Positions 19,227 to 28,685 of a DNA stretch of 64,000 nucleotides are shown here, one piece after another. The notes under the pieces were generated by a model. That model ran no database searches and was not told the DNA's origin. It saw only the letters and a list, made by a program, of their open reading frames with translations. Both the position numbers and the translations under genes were made by a program. Origin of the DNA: Candidatus Omnitrophota bacterium (GTDB taxonomy: Bacteria; Omnitrophota; Gorgyraeia; B26-G9); contig JBDRPX010000038.1 of the NCBI GenBank assembly GCA_043826565.1, positions 6,334-70,333 of the forward strand, given 5' to 3'. The stretch's first letter is position 1. Each line of letters opens with the position of its first letter.

Positions 19227-20589
19227 AATGAAAAAAGAACCTATTGTCGCAATTATTGGCCGCCCTAATGTGGGAAAGTCTTGTCTGTTTAATCGTATTT
19301 TAGGCAGACGCAAGGCAATTGTTGAATCAATCAGCGGTGTTACTCGGGATCGGGTGTTTACGGATGTTTTCTGGGAAGGCCGGAAATTCCAATTAGTGGA
19401 TACCGGAGGATTGCATTTCCAGGCTGGTGATGAGATGACCATGGCTGTTCTTGCTCAAACTCAAAAAGCGCTTAAGGAGGCAGACATTGTGCTTTTTGTT
19501 GTTGATGCAAAGAGCGGGCTTGTTGCCGAGGATCGTGACCTGGCAAATTTTATAAGAAAATTTAATAAGACGGTTATTTTAGTTGTGAATAAAGTCGATA
19601 ATTTCGCTAAAATTGAAGAGCACAGTGAATTTTATGAACTTGGCTTTGCCGAGGTTTATTTTTTGTCAGCGTTACATAATATTAATATAGAGGATTTGCT
19701 TGATGAGGTTGTAAAATTGATCCAGCCGGCTGTGCTACAGGATGAAGATGAATCTAATATTCTAAAGGTAGCTATTGTTGGGCGCCCTAATGTGGGTAAA
19801 TCGTCTTTTTTAAATCGGATTCTCAAAGAAGAGCGAGTTGTGGTTAGCGCTGTTCCCGGGACCACCCGGGATACGGTGGATACTAAGTTGAATGTTAATG
19901 GGCAGGAGATGCTGTTTATTGATACTGCCGGAATTAAAAAAAGCCGGAAGACACGAGAAACCCTGGATGTTTATTCGCGTTCCCGGACTATTGAGGCGAT
20001 TAACCGGGCGGATGTATGCATAGTTCTTGTCGATGCTCAGGATGGAATTCTTAATGATGATCTGCATCTTTTTAGTTTAGTCAAGGACGCGAAAAAATGT
20101 TGTGTGCTTGCTGTAAACAAAATTGATCTTGCCGAAATAAAACTTAAAGATTTTGTCTATACGATATCGAAAAAAGCTGCGTTTATGCGTTTTGCTTTTC
20201 CGGTCCTTTGCTCAGCTAAAAAGGGGATAAATTTGCCTACGGTGCTTAAGTTAGCCCAACAGGCGCAGCAGAACAGTAAAAGGAAGATTAAGCAAAGTGA
20301 TTTAAATGAAACTTTAAACAGAGTTGCGGAAAATAGTCTGCAATTGCGTTCCCAGGGAGTGCTTAAATTACATTATCTTACTCAGACAAAAGCTAGTCCT
20401 CCAACATTTGTGATAATTGTAAATAAACTTGAATTAATAAAAAATGCATTTATAAGATATTTAGAAAATACTTTGCGTAAGAATTATGATTTTCAAGGGT
20501 CTCCGATTTATATTGTCGGAAAAGTAAAAGAAGGAAAAAGAAAGAGTAGTCTTAATTATAAAACAAAGAGGAAAAAAAAGGTATGGTAA
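19216..20589 (+). CDS. der: Ribosome biogenesis GTPase Der (EngA)
   Basis: Two GRPNVGKS G-domains, DTGG/DTAG, KH-like C-terminus. Confidence 0.98.
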   Translation: MLNKMKKEPIVAIIGRPNVGKSCLFNRILGRRKAIVESISGVTRDRVFTDVFWEGRKFQLVDTGGLHFQAGDEMTMAVLAQTQKALKEADIVLFVVDAKSGLVAEDRDLANFIRKFNKTVILVVNKVDNFAKIEEHSEFYELGFAEVYFLSALHNINIEDLLDEVVKLIQPAVLQDEDESNILKVAIVGRPNVGKSSFLNRILKEERVVVSAVPGTTRDTVDTKLNVNGQEMLFIDTAGIKKSRKTRETLDVYSRSRTIEAINRADVCIVLVDAQDGILNDDLHLFSLVKDAKKCCVLAVNKIDLAEIKLKDFVYTISKKAAFMRFAFPVLCSAKKGINLPTVLKLAQQAQQNSKRKIKQSDLNETLNRVAENSLQLRSQGVLKLHYLTQTKASPPTFVIIVNKLELIKNAFIRYLENTLRKNYDFQGSPIYIVGKVKEGKRKSSLNYKTKRKKKVW

Positions 20590-21194
20590 GCTTAATTATC
20601 GGACTTGTTCTAAGCTATTTGTGTGGAGCGATACCGGCTGCTTATTTATTCGCGAAGTTTGTTAAAGGAGTTGATATCCGGGAACAGGGCAGTGGGAATG
20701 TGGGAGCGACAAATGCCTTAAGGGTTTTGGGAAAGTTGCCGGGATTTCTAGTATTAACATTTGATATATTAAAAGGTGTTTTTGCTGTTTTGGTTATTAG
20801 CCGAATCTTTGCCGAAAGTACAGGCTTGGAGTTTGAGTGTGTGCAGGCTATTTTTGGCGGTGGCGCTGTTTGTGGGCATGTATTCAATGTGTTTTTGAAA
20901 ATGAAAAGTGGTAAAGGTGTGGCCACAAGTGCCGGAGTTCTTTTGGCATTATCGCCGCTTTCGGTTTCCATTGGATTCTTGTTTTTTCTTGCCGTTGTAG
21001 GAATTACCCGAATTGTTTCTCTGGGTTCAATTATTGCGAGTATCGTAATACCTTTTTGTATGCTTTTTCTTAAGGTTCATTATAGCTTTATAGTTCTTAG
21101 CGGATTTTTGTGTATAATTATTGTTGCCAAACATAAGTCCAACATATATAGGCTATTAACGGGGCGGGAAAGAAAGGTGTTTGAAAAAAAATGA
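20583..21194 (+). CDS. plsY: Glycerol-3-phosphate acyltransferase PlsY
   Basis: GSGNVGATN, DILKG, GKGVAT, HKSNI. Confidence 0.97.
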   Translation: MVSLIIGLVLSYLCGAIPAAYLFAKFVKGVDIREQGSGNVGATNALRVLGKLPGFLVLTFDILKGVFAVLVISRIFAESTGLEFECVQAIFGGGAVCGHVFNVFLKMKSGKGVATSAGVLLALSPLSVSIGFLFFLAVVGITRIVSLGSIIASIVIPFCMLFLKVHYSFIVLSGFLCIIIVAKHKSNIYRLLTGRERKVFEKK

Positions 21195-22180
21195 ATATTT
21201 CAGTAATAGGAGACGGTGGCTGGGGTACGGCAATTGCTGTTCTTTTAAAGCAGAAAGGGCTAGGAGTTAAGGTCTGGGGTGCTTTTCCGGAGTATGTTAA
21301 AATTTTAAACAGTAAAAGGGATAATTTAAAATTTCTCCCCGGCGTAAAGATTCCTAGGGGTATTCTTTTTAGTAATGATTTAAATGAGGTGGTGGATAAT
21401 ACTGACCTTGTTGTTCTGGCGGTGCCTTCTAAATATTTGCGGGGAGTATGCCAGAGCCTCAGTAAATTTAATGTCGGAAAGATGGATTTTCTTTCCGTGG
21501 CTAAGGGGATAGAATATGATACTCTGATGAGGATGTCGGAAGTTATTTCTCAGGAACTTGGCCGGGTTAGATTAGCCGTGATGTCCGGTCCAAATATAGC
21601 AAGTGAGGTTGCCCGGGGGATTCCCTCTGCTGCGGTTTGCGCATCCCGCCATAATAAATTGACGAGTAAAGTACAGGAAATTTTCATGACTAATTCATTC
21701 CGTGTGTATACGCATAATGATTTGGTGGGTGTGGAATTGGCCGGCGCTTTAAAGAACATTATTGCAATTGCCTGTGGGATCTCCGATGGATTAGGGTATG
21801 GAACAAATACCAAGGCCGCACTTTTAACCAGAGGATTAGCGGAAATTGCCCGTTTAGGCTGTTCTGTCGGCGCAAAGCAGAGGACTTTTAGCGGATTATC
21901 CGGAATGGGAGATTTGGTTACAACCTGCTTTAGCAAAGAAAGCCGTAATCGTGGGCTGGGCGAACAACTTGGTAAAGGCAAGAAACTTAATGATATTCTC
22001 GCTAAAACTGAAATGATTGTCGAAGGGGTTATTACAACTAAATCTGCAGTTAAATTAGCTAAAAATAATGGAATTGAATTGCCCATTGCTAATGAAGTTT
22101 TTAATGTTCTTTTTCGAAATAAAAATCCTTTTACTGCCGTGCAATCATTGATGTTAAGAAAAAAGACTAAGGAAACCTAG
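21191..22180 (+). CDS. gpsA: NAD(P)H-dependent glycerol-3-phosphate dehydrogenase
   Basis: GDGGWGTA, SGPN, GALKN, GDLVTTC..SRN. Confidence 0.97.
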   Translation: MNISVIGDGGWGTAIAVLLKQKGLGVKVWGAFPEYVKILNSKRDNLKFLPGVKIPRGILFSNDLNEVVDNTDLVVLAVPSKYLRGVCQSLSKFNVGKMDFLSVAKGIEYDTLMRMSEVISQELGRVRLAVMSGPNIASEVARGIPSAAVCASRHNKLTSKVQEIFMTNSFRVYTHNDLVGVELAGALKNIIAIACGISDGLGYGTNTKAALLTRGLAEIARLGCSVGAKQRTFSGLSGMGDLVTTCFSKESRNRGLGEQLGKGKKLNDILAKTEMIVEGVITTKSAVKLAKNNGIELPIANEVFNVLFRNKNPFTAVQSLMLRKKTKET

Positions 22181-22264
22181 ATATTTACTGTATTTTGTCA
22201 GTACATTTTTCTTGAAATTTAAGTGTTTTTATTATAACCTATTGATTAAGTTAGTGAAGCATTA

Positions 22265-22447
22265 AAATAAAAAGTTTGCGAAAAAGTCGGGGCGTGGCGC
22301 AGTTTAATGAGCCCCTAACTTACGGAGCAAAGCGAGGTAAGTCAGCCGGGCGAATTATATCGAATATATTAAAGATATATTCGATGAGGCTAGGCCGTTT
22401 GTGTTCAAATAAAAAGTTTGCGAAAATGTCGGGGCGTGGCGCAGTTT
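22265..22447 (+). repeat. 41-bp direct repeat (22265-22305 / 22407-22447) including the first 18 nt of tRNA-Pro, flanking a structured 101-bp insert
   Basis: AAATAAAAAGTTTGCGAAAA(A/T)GTCGGGGCGTGGCGCAGTTT, 40/41 identical. Confidence 0.92.
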
Positions 22448-22507
22448 GGCTAGCGCGCTTGAATGGGGTTCAAGAGGTCGGTGGTTCGAGTCCACTCGCC
22501 CCGACCA
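22430..22507 (+). tRNA. tRNA-Pro (GGG)
   Basis: CGGGGCG acceptor stem/CGCCCCG-A-CCA; anticodon stem CTTGA/TCAAG with loop ATGGGGT; T-loop GGTTCGAGTCC. Confidence 0.97.
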
Positions 22508-22555
22508 TTTAAAGTGATTTAATGTAACCAAAACATGTAATAACTATATAAAGGT

Positions 22556-22999
22556 GTGCTTTTGGACGACCAGATTCATTATCAAAATGATGATAACAGG
22601 ACCGGCGAAAGAAGGAATTTTGTACGCATAAATGCAAACTTCGTGGTGAGTTATTATAAATATCCGGGAGAAGTCAATCACACGGATATGAGTCTAACCC
22701 GTAATATTAGTCTGGGCGGGATATGTTTTACTACAGATAATGATTTTGAACTCGGCGCAATTTTACATATTACCTTAAGACTGCCTAAAGTTACGAAATT
22801 AATCGAGTTTTTGGGGGAAGTGGTATTTACTAAGCAGGAAAAAGGAAAGAATTCTATCTTTGATATCGGGGTAAAATTTGTGCAGGCACAAGAAGAAGAC
22901 CTCTATATTTTGCAAAACATCATAAAAGACTGTGCGGCTAGTGATAGTACTATTATTATAAACATTACCGAAAGAAGAAAAGAAGAGGACAATGAATAG
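22556..22999 (+). CDS. PilZ-domain (c-di-GMP-binding) protein
   Basis: ERRNFVR (RxxxR) and NISLGG (D/NxSxxG) motifs, GVKF. Confidence 0.88.
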   Translation: MLLDDQIHYQNDDNRTGERRNFVRINANFVVSYYKYPGEVNHTDMSLTRNISLGGICFTTDNDFELGAILHITLRLPKVTKLIEFLGEVVFTKQEKGKNSIFDIGVKFVQAQEEDLYILQNIIKDCAASDSTIIINITERRKEEDNE

Positions 23000-24287
23000 T
23001 GTTAATGTCGGGCTTATAGGTTTTGGGACTATTGGGAGCGGGGTAGTTAAAGTTTTTAAAAAGCGAAGCCTGGCTATTGCGAAAAAACTTGGAATAAAAT
23101 TAAACCTGAAATATGTTTGTGATCAGGATATTTCTTCTGACCGGGGTGTTACGGTAAATCCTAAAGTATTAGTTACTGATGTTAATAAAATATTAGAAGA
23201 TGATGATATTAAAATAGTAGTTGAACTTATCGGGGGCATTCATCCGGCAAAAGAATTTATTTTAAAAGCACTTAATAATAAAAAATATGTTGTTACGGCG
23301 AACAAGGCTTTATTGGCAGAGAATGGTGAAGAGATTTTTAAAGCTGCTGAGAAAAACAATGTTGATGTTTACTTTGAGGCAAGCGTTGGCGGAGGAATCC
23401 CTATAATTAAGTCTTTAAGGGAAGGCTTGGTTGCCTCACAGGTACAAAATATTTTTGGAATTATTAATGGTACTTCAAATTATATACTTTCACAAATGTC
23501 GCTAAAGGGGTGTGATTTTAAAACCGCGCTTCGTGAGGCGCAGTCAAAAGGTTATGCGGAAAAGGATCCGAAGCTTGATATTAACGGGATGGATTCTGCT
23601 CACAAAATTGCGATTTTGGCCAGGATATGCTTTAATTACAAAGTTTCTTTTAAGGATATTTATGTTGAGGGGATAGAAGAGATTAGCTTAAGCGATATTA
23701 AATATGCTGATGAGCTAGGATATTGTGTTAAACTACTGGCAATTGCCAAAAAATCCGGTGAAAAGGTTGAAATCAGAGTTCATCCGACCTTACTCCCTAA
23801 AAAGCATTTATTGTCAAATGTAAATGGTGTTTTTAATGCAATTTTTATTAATAGTGATCTTGTCGGAGAAATGCTTTTTTATGGCCCGGGAGCGGGGCAA
23901 ATGCCCACGGCAAGTGCGGTAATGAGTGATATTGTTGAAATAGCCCAAAAAATCACCAATCCGCAGGCAGTTAATTTATTGGCCATTAAAAATGGACAGC
24001 GTTCTTCCCGAATGTGTTCTATCGATAATATTGAAACCCGGTATTATCTTCGTTTTTTGGCTTTGGATGAACCTGGCGTTTTATCCAAAGTCTCAGAAAT
24101 ACTGGGAAAACAAAAAATTAGTATTTATAATGTGATTCAAAAAGGCAGACGACAAGCTCAGGCTGTTCCGATTGTTATGATGGTTCATGAAGCTAAGGAA
24201 AAAAATTTACGCAAGGCTCTCTCACAAATTGATAAACTGCCGATAATAAAGAGAAAAACTGTAGCGATTCGTGTGGAAAGGGGCTAA
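22992..24287 (+). CDS. hom: Homoserine dehydrogenase with C-terminal ACT domain
   Basis: GFGTIG, VVTANK, EASVGGGIP, NGTSNYIL, GPGAG. Confidence 0.97.
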   Translation: MNSVNVGLIGFGTIGSGVVKVFKKRSLAIAKKLGIKLNLKYVCDQDISSDRGVTVNPKVLVTDVNKILEDDDIKIVVELIGGIHPAKEFILKALNNKKYVVTANKALLAENGEEIFKAAEKNNVDVYFEASVGGGIPIIKSLREGLVASQVQNIFGIINGTSNYILSQMSLKGCDFKTALREAQSKGYAEKDPKLDINGMDSAHKIAILARICFNYKVSFKDIYVEGIEEISLSDIKYADELGYCVKLLAIAKKSGEKVEIRVHPTLLPKKHLLSNVNGVFNAIFINSDLVGEMLFYGPGAGQMPTASAVMSDIVEIAQKITNPQAVNLLAIKNGQRSSRMCSIDNIETRYYLRFLALDEPGVLSKVSEILGKQKISIYNVIQKGRRQAQAVPIVMMVHEAKEKNLRKALSQIDKLPIIKRKTVAIRVERG

Positions 24288-24348
24288 AGAAATAATTAAT
24301 TAGCAATTGTCAATTAGCACTTAAAATTAGAAAGTAGGGTCAGAAAAA

Positions 24349-25410
24349 ATGTGGCAGGGATTAATTAATAAATACAGAGAATTCCTTCCGGTCTCTGATA
24401 AAACTCCGGTAATTACTTTAAATGAGGGGAATACGCCACTTATTTTAGCGGAGCATATTAGCAGTCTTGTGGGAAAAAATGCTAAGATTTATCTTAAGTA
24501 TGAAGGGCTTAATCCTTCCGGATCATTCAAAGATCGAGGAATGACCATGGCTATTTCCAAGGCCATGGAAGAAGGTGCTAAGGCGGTTATGTGTGCTTCT
24601 ACCGGAAATACTTCTGCTTCGGCAGCGGCATATAGCGCCCGGGCAAATCTTAAATGCATTGTCGTAATCCCTAAAGGAGCGATTGCGTTGGGAAAGCTGG
24701 CCCAAGGATTGATTCACCGAGCGCAGGTTTTAGCTGTCGATGGTAATTTTGATGATGCTTTAAAATTAGTAAAGGAGATAACCAGTAATTATCCGGTTAC
24801 ATTAGTTAATTCAATTAATCCTTATCGGATTGAGGGGCAGACAACTGGTGCATATGAGGTTTGTGATCAATTAGGCAAGGCACCGGATATATTGGCTATT
24901 CCGGTTGGTAATGCCGGGAACATCACGGCTTACTGGAAAGGGTTTAAGCGGTATAAGGAATCCGGTAATATTGAAAACTTGCCTAAAATGTTCGGATTTC
25001 AGGCGGCAGGGGCTGCGCCGATTGTAAATAAAAAAATAATTGAAGATCCCCGGACAATTGCTACGGCTATTAAGATTGGGAATCCGGCAAGTTGGCAAAT
25101 GGCTGAAGCTGCCCGAGACGAATCCGGAGGGATAATTGAAGCGGTTACGGATGAAGAAATATTGGAGGCGTATAAACTTCTGGCTTATAGAGAAGGAGTT
25201 TTTGTTGAGCCGGCTTCTGCAGCATCAGTTGCCGGAGTTTTAAAATCTGCTGCCAGCGGATTAATAAACAAAGATGAAGAAATAACCATTGTGTGTGTGC
25301 TTACCGGACATGGCCTTAAAGATCCGGACAGGGCAATAAAAACAATTCAAGAACCGGTTGTAATAGCACCAACTGTGGAAGCGGTTTTAAAAGAGATTGG
25401 GTTGGCTTAG
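24349..25410 (+). CDS. thrC: Threonine synthase
   Basis: [13 protein letters not shown] lysine, [24 protein letters not shown]. Confidence 0.97.
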   Translation: MWQGLINKYREFLPVSDKTPVITLNEGNTPLILAEHISSLVGKNAKIYLKYEGLNPSGSFKDRGMTMAISKAMEEGAKAVMCASTGNTSASAAAYSARANLKCIVVIPKGAIALGKLAQGLIHRAQVLAVDGNFDDALKLVKEITSNYPVTLVNSINPYRIEGQTTGAYEVCDQLGKAPDILAIPVGNAGNITAYWKGFKRYKESGNIENLPKMFGFQAAGAAPIVNKKIIEDPRTIATAIKIGNPASWQMAEAARDESGGIIEAVTDEEILEAYKLLAYREGVFVEPASAASVAGVLKSAASGLINKDEEITIVCVLTGHGLKDPDRAIKTIQEPVVIAPTVEAVLKEIGLA

Positions 25411-26621
25411 TGAAAAAAACTAAATATATTGTACTAGTTGCCGATGGTATGGCGGATTTACCTATAGAAGAGTTAGGCGGAAGGACACCTCTTGAGGTTG
25501 CTCGAACGCCGCATATGGATTACTTAGCTAAGCATGGAAAAATCGGAGAGGCTTTGTTTGTTCCTCAAGGAATGGTTCCGGGCAGCGATATAGCCAATTT
25601 GTCTATATTGGGCTATGATCCAAAAGAATATTATTGTGGTCGAGGACCATTAGAAGCAAGTAATTTAGGGGTTGAAATTCATGCTGGTGAGGTGGCTTTT
25701 CGCTGCAATCTTGTAACAATTGAAGATGATATTTTGGTCGATTATAGCGCGGGGCACATATCTACTAAAGAAGCCAGGATAATCATCGAGTTCCTAAATA
25801 AAGAGCTCTTTGATGATACGATACGTTTTCATGCGGGCATAAGTTACCGTCATTTGATGATCATAAAGGGAAACACTGAAGATTTGCTAAAGCTTACTTG
25901 CTTTGCGCCGCATGATATAATGGGTAAAAAAATTTCCAAATATTTACCGGATGGGCCAAGTTGTAATCGGATTATTGAAACTATGAACAGGTCCAAAGAA
26001 ATTTTAAATAAACATGAAGTAAATCAAGTTCGTATAGACTTAAAAGAAAATCCGGCTAATATGATTTGGCTCTGGGGTCAGGGTAAAAAGATTAAATTTC
26101 CTTCGTTTAAAGAAAAATATGGGGTAACTGGTTCGGTCATATCTGCCGTAGATCTTATTAAAGGAATGGGTAGATCCGTGGGGCTAAAGCCTATTTCGGT
26201 GCCGGGAGCTACGGGATATTATGATACAGATTATAAAGCTAAGGCGGACTATGCGTTGAAAAGTCTGGTAAATCATGATTTTGTTTTCGTCCATGTGGAG
26301 GCCCCGGATGAGGCCGGGCACAATGGGGATATGCGGGCAAAAATTACCGCGATTGAAAATTTTGACCGCCTAGTTGTCGGAACGATTATTGATTATTGTA
26401 AGAAAAATAAAGATGTCCGAGTATTAGTTCTGCCGGATCACCCTACACCAGTCGATTTAAAAACTCATACTTCTGACCCAGTCTGTTTTTTGATGTATGG
26501 AGAAGGGGTTCAAAAAGACAATTTTGATATTTATAATGAAGCTATTGCCCGAAAAAGCCAGCTAAAGATCACCGAGGGGCATACGCTAATGGATATTTTT
26601 ATTAAACAAGAAAATATATGA
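25410..26621 (+). CDS. apgM: ApgM-family cofactor-independent phosphoglycerate mutase / proposed homoserine kinase
   Basis: DGMAD, GSDIANL, HVEAPDEAGH, PDHPTP; position after hom-thrC. Confidence 0.88.
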   Translation: MKKTKYIVLVADGMADLPIEELGGRTPLEVARTPHMDYLAKHGKIGEALFVPQGMVPGSDIANLSILGYDPKEYYCGRGPLEASNLGVEIHAGEVAFRCNLVTIEDDILVDYSAGHISTKEARIIIEFLNKELFDDTIRFHAGISYRHLMIIKGNTEDLLKLTCFAPHDIMGKKISKYLPDGPSCNRIIETMNRSKEILNKHEVNQVRIDLKENPANMIWLWGQGKKIKFPSFKEKYGVTGSVISAVDLIKGMGRSVGLKPISVPGATGYYDTDYKAKADYALKSLVNHDFVFVHVEAPDEAGHNGDMRAKITAIENFDRLVVGTIIDYCKKNKDVRVLVLPDHPTPVDLKTHTSDPVCFLMYGEGVQKDNFDIYNEAIARKSQLKITEGHTLMDIFIKQENI

Positions 26622-28240
26622 ATTCTGCAGTAATTCTTCTTATTACGCTAATCCTGTTTATCTTCGCATATAAATTCTTTGGTAAAAAATTAAAAGTACT
26701 TTTTGGTGTCGATCCTAATCGAAGGACACCGGCGTATAGTTCATTTGATGGAATCGACTATGTTCCTGCCCGGCATTGGACAATGCTTTTTGGACATCAT
26801 TTTGCCAGTATTGCTGGCGCCGGACCGATTATTGGTCCGGTTATCGCATGTGCCTTCTGGGGATGGGGGCCTTGTGTTATCTGGATAATAGTAGGTTCAA
26901 TTTTTTTCGGGGCTGTCCATGATTTTGGTGCTTTAATGATTTCGATAAGGCATAATGGCAGTACGATCGGTCAAATTTGCGAGCAAGTTGTTAGTAAGCC
27001 CGTTAGAATTATCATGGGCATTTTTCTCTGGATGACCTTGATACTTGTAATCGGAGTATTTGTTTTTTTTAGTGCTAATTCCTTTATTGCCGAGCCAAAG
27101 ATAATTTTGCCGAGTATCGGAATGATTCCGGTAGCTGTGCTGATTGGCTTCCTTTTATATCGTCGAAAATTAAATCAGCTGGGAGTGACTGTTTTTGGTC
27201 TAATACTTTTGGTCGGATTAATTTTTTTAGGGGCGATTATTCCTATTGAATTAACGCAAAATGCATTTCTAATCTGGTGTATCAGTTTATTGGTGTATGC
27301 TTTTTTTGCTTCAATAGTTCCCGTACAAGTGCTGCTGCAGCCACGGGATTATTTAACCAGTTTTCTATTATACTTCGGGATTGGGTGTGCAATTTTGAGT
27401 ATTTTTATTTCCCATCCGGTAACGGCAACAAAACCTTTTGTTTCTTTTTCTCCACCGGAAGGCAACTTATTCCCGATGCTGTTTGTAACAGTTGCCTGCG
27501 GGGCTGTTTCCGGATTCCACGCGCTGGTGGCCAGTGGAACTACTTCTAAACAAATTCCAACGGAAAAATTTGCTTTTAGAATCAGCTATGGAGGAATGTT
27601 ATTGGAAGGGGTATTAGCGATTATCGCGGTTATTGCGGTCAGTGCTGGGTTTTCTAATCATAGTGAATTGCTGGCGATGATGAAAGATCCTTCGGGTGGT
27701 CCGGTAATTGTTTTTGGAAAGGGGTTTGATGCAGTGACTAAGGTTGTTTTCTGTGGTTATGGCGGGTTATTGGCAATGACATTATTAAATGCTTTTATCC
27801 TGACAACTTTGGATACAGCAACAAGAATTGCCCGGTATTTAACAGAAGAATTATTTTATATAAAGAATAGATATGTATCAACTTTGATTGTAGTTTTTCT
27901 GGGGGGAATTTTAGCTGTGACTGGGGTGTGGAAACATATTTGGCCGGTTTTTGGTGCCGCTAATCAGCTGATTGCTGCACTAGCTTTAATGGTTTTAACG
28001 CTTTGGCTGGTAAAATCCGGAAAAAGTGCCAGGTTCACTTTTTTCCCGGGAGTTATTATGTTTATTTTAGCAATTATTGCGCTTATGAACCAATTTAGAG
28101 ACAATTTAGTGCAAAAAAACTGGATGCTTTTGCTAATTTGCGGTTTTTTAGCGGTGTTGGGAGTGTTTATTTTTATAAAATGCGGAATAATTTTTTCAAG
28201 TATTCGTAATAGCCTAAAAACAAAAAGGTTAGAGCTATAA
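26618..28240 (+). CDS. cstA: Carbon starvation protein A-family transporter
   Basis: GHHFASIAGAGPI, LLQPRDY, ACGAVSGFHAL, TTLDTATR, FGAANQL. Confidence 0.95.
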   Translation: MNSAVILLITLILFIFAYKFFGKKLKVLFGVDPNRRTPAYSSFDGIDYVPARHWTMLFGHHFASIAGAGPIIGPVIACAFWGWGPCVIWIIVGSIFFGAVHDFGALMISIRHNGSTIGQICEQVVSKPVRIIMGIFLWMTLILVIGVFVFFSANSFIAEPKIILPSIGMIPVAVLIGFLLYRRKLNQLGVTVFGLILLVGLIFLGAIIPIELTQNAFLIWCISLLVYAFFASIVPVQVLLQPRDYLTSFLLYFGIGCAILSIFISHPVTATKPFVSFSPPEGNLFPMLFVTVACGAVSGFHALVASGTTSKQIPTEKFAFRISYGGMLLEGVLAIIAVIAVSAGFSNHSELLAMMKDPSGGPVIVFGKGFDAVTKVVFCGYGGLLAMTLLNAFILTTLDTATRIARYLTEELFYIKNRYVSTLIVVFLGGILAVTGVWKHIWPVFGAANQLIAALALMVLTLWLVKSGKSARFTFFPGVIMFILAIIALMNQFRDNLVQKNWMLLLICGFLAVLGVFIFIKCGIIFSSIRNSLKTKRLEL

Positions 28241-28268
28241 ACATCTGGTGTGTTTTTGTTTGATTATC

Positions 28269-28297
28269 TTGACATATCGCTAGATGCATGATATACT
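28269..28297 (+). promoter_or_regulatory. sigma70 promoter driving the riboswitch and giant gene
   Basis: TTGACA-N17-TATACT with TGn extended -10. Confidence 0.8.
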
Positions 28298-28348
28298 TAT
28301 TACAGGATTTAAAAAACTTTTAATTAGTTTACAACTTTGTGAGGACTT

Positions 28349-28507
28349 TATCCGAAAATCCGTATTATTACGGATTCGCCTATTATGGGCGGAGGCAAAC
28401 CTCGAGAAATCGGGGGACGCAAAGCCACGGGTCTGTTAGTAAAGCTATGATCGCCGGGCGCACCGACAACGTTATAGCGTACTTATGATAGCCGAGCTGC
28501 CGAGATA
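28349..28507 (+). ncRNA. c-di-GMP-I (GEMM-I) riboswitch, atypical
   Basis: GGCAAAC-CTCGA-GAAA-TCGGGG-GACGC-AAA-GCCACGGGTC...TATGATCGCCGGGC..ACCGA core at 28394-28466; G at the position equivalent to G20 suggests c-di-GMP rather than c-AMP-GMP. Confidence 0.88.
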
Positions 28508-28529
28508 TACGCAGTTCGGCTTTATTTTT
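28490..28529 (+). terminator. Riboswitch expression-platform terminator
   Basis: AGCCGAGCTGC / GCAGTTCGGCT stem followed by TTATTTTT. Confidence 0.8.
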
Positions 28530-28685
28530 AATAAATAAAATAGATATATGAAAGGGGGGTGATAAACAAAAAGCATGGTACAGTCAAAATTTAGCAGAGG
28601 AACATTTATACTATTATATATATATATTATACAAATATTTTTATAACAATTCATTTAAGTTTATAACATAAAAAGGGAGGATAGA

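Noticed and set aside
21550-22086. Long antisense ORFs (e.g. 21550-22086, 47159-47623, 50084-50524, 38892-39293)
   Set aside because: Shadow frames of well-supported genes on the opposite strand; no motifs or RBS
22265-22447. CRISPR-like repeat-spacer interpretation of the 41-bp repeat
   Set aside because: Only two copies, the 101-bp spacer is too long, the repeat is tRNA-derived, and there are no cas genes
22276-22512. 78-aa ORF in the track
   Set aside because: Overlaps the tRNA-Pro gene and its duplicated 5' end; not a credible protein
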